The notes: generated from the sequence alone by a model not told the origin. Counted from the first letter of the stretch, positions 24,091 through 37,599 are shown. The stretch is 43,273 nucleotides of DNA from Octopus sinensis (GCF_006345805.1 NW_021834976.1:1-43273), one strand, 5' to 3'. Numbers and translations are program-made.

Positions 24091-24669
24091 CTGTCTATTA
24101 CAACCGATGCAGCTTTTCCTATGCATTCCAATCTGTTTGCATATTTCAGTCTCTCTGAACCCATTGACGGGTTTGCTGATAGAAGAGAGACCACGACCAC
24201 CACAACCAGGACACGGCGCTCTTCATATCCAATGCAGTTTGTTCCTTCCTCTTTGTCACTTCAACTTGTCTCTTTGTCAGTGAGTCAGCAAACTTCTCTC
24301 ACGAGGGATGCTTAACACCATTCGTGTATTATCCTTGCGCTGCCCTCTTACTCTCTCCATTCCCAGCGGACGACATGTCTCTTGTAAATTCATTCTGCAA
24401 TTCAATTATTCTTCACAAAACCAATTTTCAGCTTCTCTGCAAATGGAATCATGTCGCAGACTCTGACGCCGTCCAACACACAACACACACACACACACAC
24501 ACAATATTTCTTTCTTTCTCTCTTTTATCATCGACTGCAGCTTTCCTCTTTATTATCTACTGGTCTCCCTCTCTCTTCACGCTCTCATTTATCTATCTAT
24601 CTCTCTATCTATCTATCTATCCATCACTCACTCACTCTGTGTATAAATATGTATCTCTCTATATATTTA

Positions 24670-24721
24670 TGTACATATGTACACACTATATGCATATTAT
24701 ATATATATTATATAATATATC

Positions 24722-24756
<35 letters not shown>

Positions 24757-24766
24757 ATATATATAT

Positions 24767-24797
<31 letters not shown>

Positions 24798-24904
24798 TAT
24801 ATATATATATATATAATATATATGTATATATATATATATATATGTATAATATCTACCCACACTATATATATTATATTATATATATATATATAGATAATAT
24901 TATA

Positions 24905-24947
<43 letters not shown>

Positions 24948-25018
24948 TATATATATATATATGTATATATATATTATGTATATTATATACACACACACTA
25001 TATATATATATATGTGTA

Positions 25019-25090
<72 letters not shown>
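24670..25090. repeat. (TA)n-rich microsatellite
   Basis: Direct reading. Confidence 0.95.
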
Positions 25091-25091
<1 letters not shown>

Positions 25092-25189
25092 GTTAATCAA
25101 ACATGAAAACACAAAGAGAAAACACAACGCGAGGACGTGGAAACAAGTATAGTATTATTGGACGCTCAGGAAAGAAGGAAAGAAGGAGG

Positions 25190-25224
25190 GTTTAACGCTT
25201 CGAGCGGAGCTCTTCGTCGGAAAC
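25190..25224 (-). ncRNA. Minimal hammerhead with two core substitutions, in a pLTR-like repeat (about 25090-25560)
   Basis: GUUU-CCGACGA-A-GAGC(ucc)GCUC-GAAGC-GUU/AAAC. Confidence 0.7.
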
Positions 25225-25579
25225 ATAGGAGAAGGAAAGATCCAGAGAAGGGAAGACGGAGGAAAAAATCGCCAACGGTACACACACAGTCACATTTTGA
25301 ATGACCGGAAGGGAATGGGTGAAGAAAAAGTTCTTTCAAAGACAGGAGAGTGCAAGAGGAGGTATGATGTGTGTAAGTGTGGATATGTGCGTGCGTGCAG
25401 GTCTGCGTGTGCGTGTGTGTGTATGTATGTATGTGTGCAATGATAACACGTGTGTGTGTGTGTGTGGTTGTGGTTGTGGCTGTTAATCTATGTGTGTGGT
25501 AGGGCTTAATATTGTTTAAGGTCAAGGAAGAATGAATTAGGGGTGGCTCTTGTGTCTATCTAACCATGTGGAAGAATGG

Positions 25580-26755
25580 TCAGTGAAAGGTACTGGTAGT
25601 TTGAAGTATGTGTGTGTGTGTGTGTGTGTTTTGTTTGTAGTGTGTGTGTGTATGTATGTGTGTGTTCGTGTGTGTGTGTGGCGAATAACTGTGCTTTACT
25701 TTGTGTATGTGTGCGTGTGTGCTTGTATGTGCGTATGTGTGTATGCATGTATGTATAATTGTGTGCGTGTATATATGAGTGTATGCTGTGTGTATGGGAT
25801 ATATGTGTGGGTTCATTTGTGTGTGTGTGTGTATGTGCGTGCGTGTCGTATATGCGTGTAGTTGTGTGTGCGTGTATGTGTGCGTGTGTATGTGCGTGTG
25901 TATGCGTATGTGGGTGTATATGCGTGTATCCGTGGGGTTGTGGGTGTTAGGTATGTGCATTCGTGTTCGTGTGTGCGTATGTGTGCGCATGTTTGTGCGT
26001 GCGTGTGTGTGTGTTTGTGTCTATATGTGTATACGTATGTGTATGTGTGTGTGCGCGTGTATGCATATATTGTGTGTATGTATATGTATAGGTGTTTATG
26101 TGAATTTGTGTATGCTTGTGTGTAGGGGTTTTTGGAGTTGTGTAGGCGTAACGTGCGTGCGTGTGCTTGTGTGCGTATGTGTGCTTACGTGCGTGTGTGC
26201 GTGTATGTGCGTGTATATCTGTGCACATGTGTGTATAATTGTGTGCGTATCTGTATGAGTATTGTTTGTTGGAGGTATATGTGGGCATCTGTGCTGGTAT
26301 GTGTGTGTGTGTGTACGTGTGTATATGTGTGTGTGTGTGTATTATGTGCGTATGTATGTGCGTGTGTGTGTATGTGCGTGTGTGCATGTGTGTATGTGCG
26401 TGCGTGTGTATATGTGTGTGTGAACGTGGAGATGTGTGTCAGGTTGTGTGCATTTTGTTGTGTGTACGCGCGTGTGCTTGAGTATGTGCGTGTATGTGGT
26501 TGTGTGTACGTTTATATGTGTGTGTGTCTAAAGGTATGTGTGTCTGTGTGTGCGTGTGGTTGGGTGGGATAGGTTTCTGTGCATTTCTATGTGTGTGTGT
26601 ACGTTTGTGTACGTGTGTGTGTGTGTACGCGCATATGTGTGTGTGCGCGTGGGTGTATGTGAGTGTGTGTATATGTGTATGTATGCGTTTGTGTATGTGT
26701 GTGGAAGTATGTGTGTGTATATGTACATGTATGTATGTTGTATGTGTGTGTGTCT
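25580..26755. repeat. Degenerate (GT)n-rich tract
   Basis: Direct reading. Confidence 0.95.
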
Positions 26756-26762
26756 GTGGGAA

Positions 26763-29700
26763 GGCGGTGAGCTGGCAGAATCGTTAGCACGTCGGGCGAA
26801 ATGCTTAGCGGTATTTCGGCTGCCGTTACGTTCTGAGTTCAAATTCCGCCGAGGTCGACTTTGCCTTTCATCCTTTCGGGGTCGATAAATTAAAGTACCA
26901 GTTACACACTGGGGTCGATGTAATCTACTTAATACCTATGTCTGTCCTTGTTTGTCCCCTCTATGTTTAGCCCCTTGTGGGTAATAAAGAAATAGGTATT
27001 TCGGCTGCCGTTACGTTCTGAGTTCAAATTCCGCCGAGGTCGACTTTGCCTTTCATCCTTTCGGGGTCGATAAATTAAGTACCAGTTAAACACTGGGGTC
27101 GATATAATCGACTTAATACCTATGTCTGCCCATGTTTGTCTCCCCTATGTTTAGCCCCTTGTGGGTAATAAAGAAATAGGTATTTCGGGTTGCGTTACGT
27201 TCTGAGTTCAAATTCCGCCGAGGTCGACTTTGCCTTTCATCCTTTCGGGGTCGATAAATTAAGTACCAGTTAAACACTGGGGTCGATATAATCGACTTAA
27301 TACCTATGTCTGCCCATGTTTGTCTCCCCTATGTTTAGCCCCTTGTGGGTAATAAAGAAATAGGTATTTCGGCTGCCGTTACGTTCTGAGTTCAAATTCC
27401 GCCGAGGTCGACTTTGCCTTTCATCCTTTCGGGGTCGATAAATTAAGTACCAGTTAAACACTGGGGTCGATATAATCGACTTAATACCTATGTCTGTCCT
27501 GTTTCTCCCCTATGTTTAGCCCCTTGTGGGTAATAAAGAAATAGGTATTTCGGCTGCCGTTACGTTCTGAGTTCAAATTCCGCCGAGGTCGACTTTGCCT
27601 TTCATCCTTTCGGGGTCGATAAATTAGTACCAGTAACACTGGGGTCGAATAATCGACTTAATAACCTATGTCTGCCCATGTTTGTCTCCCCTATGTTTAG
27701 CCCCTTTGTGGGGACATAAAGGAAATAGGTATTTCGGCTGCCGTTACGTTCTGAGTTCAAATTCCGCCGAGGTCGACTTTGCCTTTCGCCTTTCGGGGTC
27801 GATAAATTAAGTACCAGTTAAACAGGGGGGCGATATAAATTGAACTTAATACTATGTCTGTCCATGTTTGTCTCCCCTATGTTTAGCCCCTTGGGGTAAA
27901 AGAAATAGGTATTTCGGCTGCCGTTACGTTCTGAGTTCAAATTCCGCCGAGGTCGACTTTGCCTTTCATCCTTTCGGGGTCGATAAATTAAGTACCAGTT
28001 AAACACTGGGGTCGATGTAATCTACTTAATACTTATGTCTGTCCATGTTTGTCTCCCCTATGTTTAGGCCCCTTGTGGGTAATAAAGAAATAGGTATTTC
28101 GGCTGCCGTTACGTTCTGAGTTCAAATTCCGCCGAGGTCGACTTTGCCTTTCATCCTTTCGGGGTCGATAAATAAGTACCAGTTAAACACTGGAGTCGAT
28201 ATAATCGACTTAATACCTATGTCTGCCCATGTTTGTCTCCCCTATGTTTAGCCCCTTGTGGGTAATAAAGAAATAGGTATTTCGGCTGCCGTTACGTTCT
28301 GAGTTCAAATTCCGCCGAGGTCGACTTTGCCTTTCATCCTTTCGGGGTCGATAAATTAAGTACCAGTTAAACACTGGGGTCGATATAATCGACTTAATAC
28401 CTATGTCTGTCCATGTTTGTCTCCCCTATGTTTAGCCCCTTGTGGGTAATAAAGAAATAGGTATTTCGGCTGCCGTTACGTTCTGAGTTCAAATTCCGCC
28501 GAGGTCGACTTTGCCTTTCATCCTTTCGGGGTCGATAAATTAAGTACCAGTTTAACACTGGGGTCGATATAATCGACTTAATACCTATGTCTGTCCATGT
28601 TTGTCCCCTCTGTGTTTAGCCCCTTGTGGGTATAAAGAAATAGGTATTTCGGCTGCCGTTACGTTCTGAGTTCAAATTCCGCCGAGGTCGACTTGCCTTT
28701 CATCCTTTCGTCGGGTCGATAAATTAAGTACCAGTTAAACACTGGGGTCGATATAATCGACTTAATACCTATGTCTGTCCATGTTTGTCCCCTCTATGTT
28801 TAGCCCCTTGGGGTAATAAAGAAATAGGTATTTCGGCTGCCGTTACGTTCTGAGTTCAAAAATCCGCGAGGTCGACTTTGCCTTTCATCCTTTCGGGGTC
28901 GATAAATTAAGTACCAGTTAAACACTGGGGTCGATATAATCGACTTAATACCTATGTCTGTCCTTGTTTGTCCCCTCTATGTTGGCCCTTGTGGGTAATA
29001 AAGAAATAGGTATTTCGGCTGCCGTACGTTCTGAGTTCAAATTTCGCCGAGGTCGACTTTGCCTTTCATCCTTTCGGGGTCGATAAATTAAGTACCAGTT
29101 AAAACTGGGGTCGATATAATCGACTTAATCCCTTGTCTGTCCTTGTTTGTCTCCCCTATGTTTAGCCCCTTGTGGGTAGTAAAGAAATAGGTATTTCGGC
29201 TGCCGTTACGTTCTGAGTTCAATTCCGCCGAGGTGAGGCGACTTTTGCCTTTCATCTTTCGGGGTCGATAAATAAGTACCAGTTAAACACTGGGGTCGAT
29301 ATAATCGACTTAATACCTATGTCTGTCCATGTTTGTCTCCCCTATGTTTAGCCCCTTGTGGGCAATAAAGAAATAGTTATTTCGGCTGCCGTTACGTTCT
29401 GAGTTCAAATTCCGCCGAGGTCGACTTTGCCTTTCATCCTTCGGGGTCGATAAATTAAGTACCAGTTAAACACTGGGGTCGATATAATCGACCTTATACC
29501 TATGTCTGCCCATGTTGTCCCCTCTGTGTTTAGCCCCTTGTGGGTAGTAAAGAAATAGGTATTTCGGCTGCCGTTACGTTCTGAGTTCAAATTCCGCCGA
29601 GGTCGACTTTGCCTTTCATCCTTTCGGGGTCGATAAATTAAGTACCAGTTAAACACTGGGGTCGATATAATCGACTTAATCCCTTTGTCTGTCCATGTTT

Positions 29701-30292
29701 GTCTCCCCTATGTTTAGCCCCTTGTGGGTAGTAAAGAAATAGGTATTTCGGCTGCCGTACGTTCTGGAGTTCAATTCCGCCGAGGTCGACTTTGCCTTTC
29801 ATCCTTTCGGGGTCGATAAATTAAGTACCAGTTAAACACTGGGGTCGATATAATCGACTTAATACCTATGTCAGTCCATGTTTGTCTCCCCTATGTTTAG
29901 CCCCTTGTGGGCAATAAAGAAATAGGTATTTCGGCTGCCGTTACGTTCTGAGTTCAAATTCCGCCGAGGTCGACTTTGCCTTTCATCCTTTCGGGGTCGA
30001 TAAATTAAGTACCAGTTAAACACTGGGGTCGATATAATCGACTTAATACCTATGTCTGCCCATGTTTGTCCCCTCTGTGTTTAGCCCCTTGTGGGTAATA
30101 AAGAAATAGGTATTTCGGCTGCCGTTACGTTCTGAGTTCAAATTCCGCCGAGGTCGACTTTGCCTTTCATCCTTTCGGGGTCGATAAATTAAGTACCAGT
30201 TAAACACTGGGGTCGATATAATCGACTTAATACCTATGTCTGTCCTTGTTTGTCCCCTCTATGTTTGGCCCCTTGGGGGTAGTAAAGAAATT
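26763..30292 (+). repeat. SINE family 2-derived tandem array: one head plus 19 units of about 184 bp
   Basis: Unit starts (ggtatttc) at 26810, 26995, 27179 ... 29925, 30109. Confidence 0.97.
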
Positions 30293-30547
30293 GGTGTGTG
30301 TGTGTTCGTGTATAAAAACAATAATTTATAAACAATAAAAAAAAACAAAAAATTATAAAAGCAATAAAATAAAAGGAAGTTGATCCAATATAAAAGACGT
30401 AATTGCACGTAAGGAATGAAAAATGAAAAAAAGAGAAGAGAAGAAAGAAATAAAGTTGCTTGTTGCGGGAGGTGTAGAGGTGGTCACTATGAGGAGGGGC
30501 TGTGTTAAGTCAGTGCGGGATATTAGTCCGTAAATTGAATATATATC

Positions 30548-31000
30548 ATTAATAAATCTCTGAACGAGATATAAACAGTAACCGCTCTACAACGTAAGGT
30601 GTACTAGCCATCTGAATGTGGCTAACCACTGGGGGTTGGGGTGTTACTGATGCTTTTAGCCCCAGGCGATCAACGTCACCAGATGGACTTTAGACACAAA
30701 TTTTTTTCTAAATCAGTGACAGTGGTTGCTGTGAAAAACGTTAAATATTATTTGCAAGGGGTCTCCTTCATCGAAAACCGGTGCTTACCATGCGTTGACG
30801 AGAGGCAATTACCTTGAAACTATAGTCCGTATGTAGCACTTAGGTCTTCGAGGGAGGATGACCTCCCTTTGCAAATAACACAAGGGCACTGAGATTGTGT
30901 CTAAAGTCCATCTGGTGACGTTGATCGCCTGGGGCTAAAAGCATCAGTAACACCCCACCCCCAGTGACTAGCCACATTCAGATGGCTAGTACACCTTACG
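30548..31000 (+). mobile_element. Fold-back element with 110-bp inverted arms, a central HHR and a 13-bp TSD
   Basis: Arms 30590-30699 and 30895-31003; TSD ttgaatatatatc at 30535-30547 and 31001-31013. Confidence 0.88.
30789..30833 (+). ncRNA. Minimal hammerhead (C3U variant), predicted cleavage after 30827
   Basis: CAUGCG-UUGACGA-GAGG(caauua)CCUU-GAAAC-UAUA-GUC/CGUAUG. Confidence 0.8.
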
Positions 31001-31660
31001 TTGAATATATATCGCTGTTCCAAATTTTTTTCGTCAGGAAGATTTAGTTGCTATTTCTAGCAACTCGAGAGACCAGGTAAAGGCTCTCTGGTTTCCTCGT
31101 CTCCTTTCTTTCGTTACCTAGTCCCGAGTTGGATCTGATTGAACAGATATGATCAAAGACGTCCCAACTGAGACCATTCTGTCTTCCTTCCCAGACATAA
31201 TGGACTCTACGCGTATATCATAAGATAGAGGTCTTTCTAATTTGTATGTAAAAAAGTTTGGCTACTTTTTCCAGCAGGTCATGCAACCACATACAGGCTC
31301 GACCGTTGGTCTGTCTCAGTAATAATTTTGTTGTTATTTAGCCTCAAATCAACCCTGATACAGCAAACACATAATCGTACATCCCAGCCCTCAGCAAACA
31401 ATCTTTTTTAGGGATAGTTTAGAACATTACGTACAATGGGCGTGTGATTTAGGTAGGGGGTTGCTATTTTTAGCGTGTCGAGCGTCCTGGTATAGGCTCC
31501 TTCATTGGTTCGATTGCGTGATGAGATTTTTTTTACACATATATGCTTATCATCGGTAGAAGTTAGAGAGTAACTCAAAAGCTGAGAGTTTCGTGTGTTG
31601 ACACTTATCAAACACAAATTTGGCCATTGTCACTCTAACTTCTGCCTATTATTAACGTTC

Positions 31661-31753
<93 letters not shown>

Positions 31754-32133
31754 ACACATTCTCTCATATATGTTGCAATAAAAACATCTCTGGTTATTAA
31801 AGAAGGGTTTTGTTAGGGGAGATTTTCAGTTTAAATTTTTCTGTTGTCGAAGATTCATCGTTACCCGGAAGTTGTTCGCAAACAGCAGCAGTAACTTTCT
31901 TCAGCTGAATACACGTCATTGATTGGTTAAAATTGCCCAAATACGACAACTTTAACACGAAATAACTTCTAAAATACAAAATTTTGTCAAAAACGTTAAG
32001 AGTACGCCCTGTTCTACGCGACACATCCAACCAGAATCCCATAAAAATCTGTGCTCGAGATTGAAAAGCTCCAAATGTTTGATTAACAAGGAAAACAGTC
32101 GCGTATTAGCATAAAATAACATGTTTGAAGCAG

Positions 32134-32491
32134 CACTCCGTCGGTTACGACGACGAGGGTTCCGGTTGATCCGATCAACGGAACATCCTGCTCGTGAAAT
32201 TAACGTGTAAGTGGCTGAGCACTCCACAGACACGTGTACCCTTAACGTAGTTCTCGGGGATATTCAGCGTGACACAGAGAGTGACAAAGCCGGCCCTTTT
32301 GAAATACAGGTACAACAGAAACAGGAAGTAAGAGTGAGAGAAAGTTGTGGTGAAAGAGTACAGCAGGGATCACCACCATCCCCTACCAGAGCCTCGTAGA
32401 GCTTTAGGTGTTTTCGCTCAATAAACACTCACAACGCCGATCCTACGACCGCGAGTCCGCTGCCCTAACCACTGGGCCATTGCGCCTCCAC
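32134..32491 (-). mobile_element. SINE family 3 with a deletion across box B
   Basis: Head gtggaggcgcaatggcccagtggttagggcagcggactcgcgg; tail shared with the 6405 copy. Confidence 0.85.
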
Positions 32492-32911
32492 AAAATAACA
32501 TGTAGGATTTACAGAATGATACAACCATTTTTTAAAATGAGGGATTGACCCTAACTGGGAAGGGAAACGGAGTATATAACTGAAAATGATGGAGAAGGTA
32601 TAAGAACATATATGAATATATATATGAAGAACTGTGTGAAGATAGGAAAAGGTTTGAATGTTTTGTTGACAATTGCTTGTGTGTAAAAAAATATAAGTGC
32701 AAGGGAAGCTAACTTGTAGCACTGAAGTGTGTAGGTCTGTTTTTATGTTTGATAACATTTGAGGGGGCCGTTTGTTGTATTTTATTGGTAAAGCGACAAT
32801 TACGAAGAGCTTCATTATAATATCGGAAAGCAGTAATTGATGGTGCCATATCTGAAGATAAGGAACAGATACATTTACCTGTATCAGAGACTGTATTTAC
32901 CTGTATCAGAT

Positions 32912-33328
32912 AGGCGCAGGAGTGGCTGTGTGGTAAGTAGCTTGCCTACCAACCACATGGTTCTGGGTTCAGTCCCACTGCGTGGCATCTTGGGCAAGTG
33001 TCTTCTGCTATAGCCTCGGGCCGACCAATGCCTTGTGAGTAGATTTGGTAGACGGAAACTGAAAGAAGCCTGTCGTATATATGTATATATATGTATGTGT
33101 ATATGTTTGTGTGTCTGTGATTGTCCCTCTAGCATTGCTTGACAACCGATGCTGGTGTGTTTACGTCCCCGTAACTTAGCGGTTCGGCAAAAAGAGACCG
33201 ATAGAATAAGTCCTGGGCTTACAAAGAATAAGTCCCGGGGTCGATTTGATCGACTAAAGGCGGTGCTCCAGCATGGCCGCAGTCAAATGACTGAAGCAAG
33301 TAAATGAGTAAAAGAGAGAGAGAGAGAC
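32912..33328 (+). mobile_element. SINE family 1
   Basis: Family consensus match. Confidence 0.92.
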
Positions 33329-33821
33329 TATATTTCTTAAAATAATGGACGATTTATATAAAATAATCTTTTATTTCATTTTCGCTAAAGGTAGAAATCA
33401 TTAATTTCTAATTAAGAAAAATATCCAGAAATATAACTGCCTTCGGTTTAGAATCGAACTTTACGTCTCGGAGTGGCTGTACAGTAAAAAATTTGCTTCC
33501 CAACCACGTGATTCCGATTTCAGAGCACCCTTCTTTCGTTTGTCCACTCACTCGTACACACACGTGGTATGTGTACCTTCGTGACTGTTTGTTTCCCATC
33601 ATCACTTGACAACCGGTGTTGGTGTGTTTACGTCCCGTTAATTTGGTTGTTCAGCATAAGAGCGGGATAGAACAAGTGCTAGGTTTTTTTAAAAAAATAA
33701 GTACTGGCTCACGAGCGAGCCAGTACCCCAGCATGATAAAAAGGTATACTACCACGACCTCGGCACCACCACCACCACTGCCCAAGCACTCGAGTCCGTT
33801 TTAGCAAGCCAGGAGATACTC

Positions 33822-34236
33822 TTTCTCTTTTACTCTTTTACTTGTTTCAGTCATTTGACTGCGGCCATGCTGGAGCACCGCCTTTAATCGAGCAATTCGA
33901 CCCCGGGACTTATTCTTTTGTAAGCCCAGTACTTATTCTATCGGTCTCCTTTGCCGAACCGCTAAGTAACGGGGACATAAACACACCAGCATTGGTTGTC
34001 AAGCAATGCTAGGGGGACAAACACAGACACACAAACACACACACACGCATATATATATATATATATACATATATACGACGGGCTTCTTTCAGTTTCCGTC
34101 TACCAAATCCACTCACAAGGCTTTGGTCGGCCCGAGGCTATAGTAGAAGACTTTTCCCAAAGGTGCCACGCAGTGGGACTGAACCCGAAACCATGTGGTT
34201 GGTAAACAAGCTACTTACCACACAGCCACTCCTGCG
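33822..34236 (-). mobile_element. SINE family 1
   Basis: Family consensus match. Confidence 0.92.
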
Positions 34237-34438
34237 CATTGAGGAAAAAATATCATTTCTAGTGGCGCCTTGGGCGGATCATTACACCAATAACAACATC
34301 AAGAATCTTCTAAAGCAAATGCAATTACAAAATAAATTGTAACAGTGGCGCATAATTCAGACCCATGGTGGGAACGCATTAAAACAATTGAAGAACAGAC
34401 AGACAAAACAATTCGTTTCCATTTGTTTTAATCAAAAA

Positions 34439-34818
34439 TGTGGCTGTGTGGTAAGTAGCTTGCTAACCAACCACATGGTTCCGGGTTCAGTCCCACTGCG
34501 TGGCATCTTGGGCGAGTGTCTTCTGCTATAGCCCCGGGCCGACCAATGCCTTGTGAGTGGATTTGGTAGACGGAAACTGAAAGAAGCCTGTCTTATATAT
34601 GTATATATATATATGTTTGTGTTTGTGTGTCTGTGTTTGTCCCCCTAGCATTGCTTGACAGCCGATGCTGGTGTGTTTACGTCCCCGTTACTTAGCGGTT
34701 CGGCAAAACAGACCGATAGAATAAGTACTGGGCTTACAAAGAATAAGTCGATTTGCTCGACTAAATGCGGTGCTGCAGCATGGCCGCAGTTAAATGACTG
34801 AAACAAGTAAAAGAGAGA
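34439..34818 (+). mobile_element. SINE family 1
   Basis: Family consensus match. Confidence 0.9.
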
Positions 34819-35439
34819 GTATATTTGGCATAAACACCATTACCTCTACCACAAACAACAACAACGACATCATCAACAGTTGCAATAACGGAAATACCAT
34901 CTCTCCCACCATCATTACAACCACCTCCACCACCACTACCTACCATGACGACAACCACTACCATCACCACTGCCGCCATCACCGCTACCAGCAGCAGCAG
35001 CAGCAGCAGTAGCAGCAGCAGCAGTAGTAGCAGCAGCAGTAGCAGCAGCAGCAGTAGCAGCAGCAGCTCCTCCACCGCCGCCGCCATATCCGGTAGCCGT
35101 CGTCCCATCCGTCGTTAGTGAGGCAGCCATGTCTGACCTGCTTGAATGTCGTCTGCCAGACACCATCCAGTAGAGACAGCTGTAGAGATAGTGTTGGAAG
35201 GGATCGAGAAGGGTGCATATAGGGGACAGACACGTGACACGTCTCACTGTCACGTTAGTGTAAACAATAACTATTTGACCCAGTTTAGTCTTTCACTCAT
35301 TCATTCAATCAACTGACTTCATTCACTCATTCTTATTGTCATTCATTGTTTCTTGCATTTTCCTCCTTCCTTCCTTTTCCTTCATTTATTCTATTAATTT
35401 ACTCTCATTTAATCATGTATTTATTCTTTCATTCATTCA

Positions 35440-36510
35440 TTCATTCATTCACTCATTCTTTTGTTCTTTCATCCATACAAACTTGTATTCTTTCTTTCCT
35501 TCCTTCATTCACTCATTCTTTCGTTCTTTCATCCATACAAACCAGTATTCTTTCTTTCTTTCCTTCATTCATTCACTCATTCTTTCGTTCTTTCATCCAT
35601 ACAAACCTGTATTCTTCCTTTCCTTCATTCATTCACTCATTCTTTCGTTCTTTCATCCATACAAACCTGTATTCTTTCTTTCCTTCCTTCATTCATTCAC
35701 TCATTCTTTCGTTCTTTCATCATCATACAAACCTGTATTCTTTCTTTCCTTCATTCATTCACTCATCTTTCGTTCTTTCATCATACAAACCAGTATTCTT
35801 TCTTTCCTTCCTTCATTCATTCACTCATTCTTTTGTTCTTTCATCCATACAAACCTGTATTCTTTCTTTCCTTCATTCATTCACTCATTCTTTCGTTCTT
35901 TCATCCATACAAACCTGTATTCTTTCTTTCCTTCATTCATTCACTCATTCTTTCGTTCTTTCATCCATACAAACCTGTATTCTTTCTTTCCTTCCTTCCT
36001 TCATTCACTCATTCTTTCGTTCTTTCATCCATACAAACCTGTATTCTTTCTTTCCTTCCTTCATTCATTCACTCATTCTTTCGTTCTTTCATCCATACAA
36101 ACCTGTATTCTTTCTTTCCTTCCTTCATTCATTCACTCATTCTTTCGTTCTTTCATCCATACAAACCTGTATTCTTTCTTTCCTTCCTTCATTCATTCAC
36201 TCATTCTTTCGTTCTTTCATCCATACAAACCTGTATTCTTTCTTTCCTTCCTTCATTCATACACTCATTCTTTCGTTCTTTCATCCTTACAAACCTGTAT
36301 TCTTTCTGTCCTTCCTTCATTCATTCACTCATTCTTTCGTTCTTTCATCCATACAAACCTGTATTCTTTCTTTCCTTCCTTCATTCATTCACTCATTCTT
36401 TCGTTCTTTCATCCATACAAACCTGTATTCTTTCCTTCCTTCCTTCATTCATTCACTCATTCTTTCGTTCTTTCATCCATACAAACCTGTATTCTTTCTT
36501 TCCTTCCTTC
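35440..36510. repeat. About 60-bp minisatellite, roughly 17 copies
   Basis: Unit tcattcattcactcattctttcgttctttcatccatacaaacctgtattctttctttcc(ttcc); the three long ORFs here are artefacts. Confidence 0.95.
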
Positions 36511-36669
36511 ATTCTGTCATTCTTTTATATCGTTCGTCCAAATAATTCTTTCGTCCATTCACCAACAAAACTGAAACTGCCCCCTCCTTTTTGATACCTA
36601 CTTTATCTTAGGTGGGCGATTCGTATCGTAAAGGGACGCAATAATAATTTCAATTTTTTACCTAAGTTG

Positions 36670-36830
36670 ATTACATCGACCCCAGTGCATAACTGGTACT
36701 TACAATATCAACCCCGGAAAGGATAAAAGGCAAAGTCAACCTCGGCGGAATTTGAAGTCGGAACATAAAGACGGAAGAAATGCTACTAAGCACTTTGTCC
36801 GTCGCGGTAACAATTCAGCCAGCTCACCGG
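36670..36830 (-). mobile_element. SINE family 2, diverged
   Basis: gatgaaaggcaaagtc..cctcggcggaatttga-type motif. Confidence 0.75.
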
Positions 36831-36836
36831 CTTAAC

Positions 36837-36902
<66 letters not shown>

Positions 36903-36904
<2 letters not shown>

Positions 36905-37389
36905 ATTGTTTTGTCTTGGTATAAAAGATGGGCCACAGCAAATATTCTGCTCAATACCACAGATTTGCTTGTCAGTTGTTTCACCTTAACCAGTTGAGTA
37001 TGTCCCTTTGTGACTAACGATATGTGCATCTCTGATCACGAGCAGAAGTAGTGGGGGAGCATCATAGCCATGTGTTGAGAGGGATTCTTTGGGGTTTGAA
37101 TGATTCACCTCTGGAAACATGGGTGTTTCATTCAACATCCTTAAACAACCCTTAATCAGGGACCTTTTGAGTGGGATGGGTTACCCAACCGGAAGAAAAT
37201 TCTAACTGGGCCCCACCCGTAAGATCATGCGCTGTTTATCTTGTTATGAGATCACCATGTCGTGCACATATGATTGTGATGCATGTGCCTGGTGTACCCT
37301 TATCATACAGGTAGTCATGATGGGTATACTGGGCTTCGTATATTTGTACCCCAGTGTCACTTTGATGGCATGTACTGCTCTCTCGCTCA
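36903..37389 (+). mobile_element. Second copy of the (AAT)n-embedded repeat
   Basis: Reverse complement of 22462-22950; (AAT)n on both sides. Confidence 0.8.
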
Positions 37390-37599
37390 ATAATAATAAT
37401 AATAATAATGTTGATAAGGATTTCTTTTATTTGCCATCAGTGTGCGATATACATATAATGAAATGATAAACCATAAAACAAAGAAAAGTACACATGGTAT
37501 ATAATATTAAAAGGAACGAAGAAAAGGGGATGATGATACAGGAGGACCTCTAGAGATAATCGAGGAACCCCTCTGTCCAAGATCTCCCTGAACATCAAG

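Noticed and set aside
24148-24285. Possible internal exon (tttcag ... gtgagt)
   Set aside because: No recognisable protein, weak pyrimidine tract, no partner exons.
26810-30292. CRISPR array or hammerhead retrozyme interpretation of the 184-bp array
   Set aside because: No unique spacers, no cas genes, and no CUGANGA core on either strand; the unit is a SINE body.
34949-35170. Poly-Ala plus PPPPPPY reading frame
   Set aside because: Trinucleotide mosaic with no ATG or splice acceptor in frame.
35336-36594. Three overlapping ORFs of about 400 aa
   Set aside because: Open only because the minisatellite lacks stop codons.
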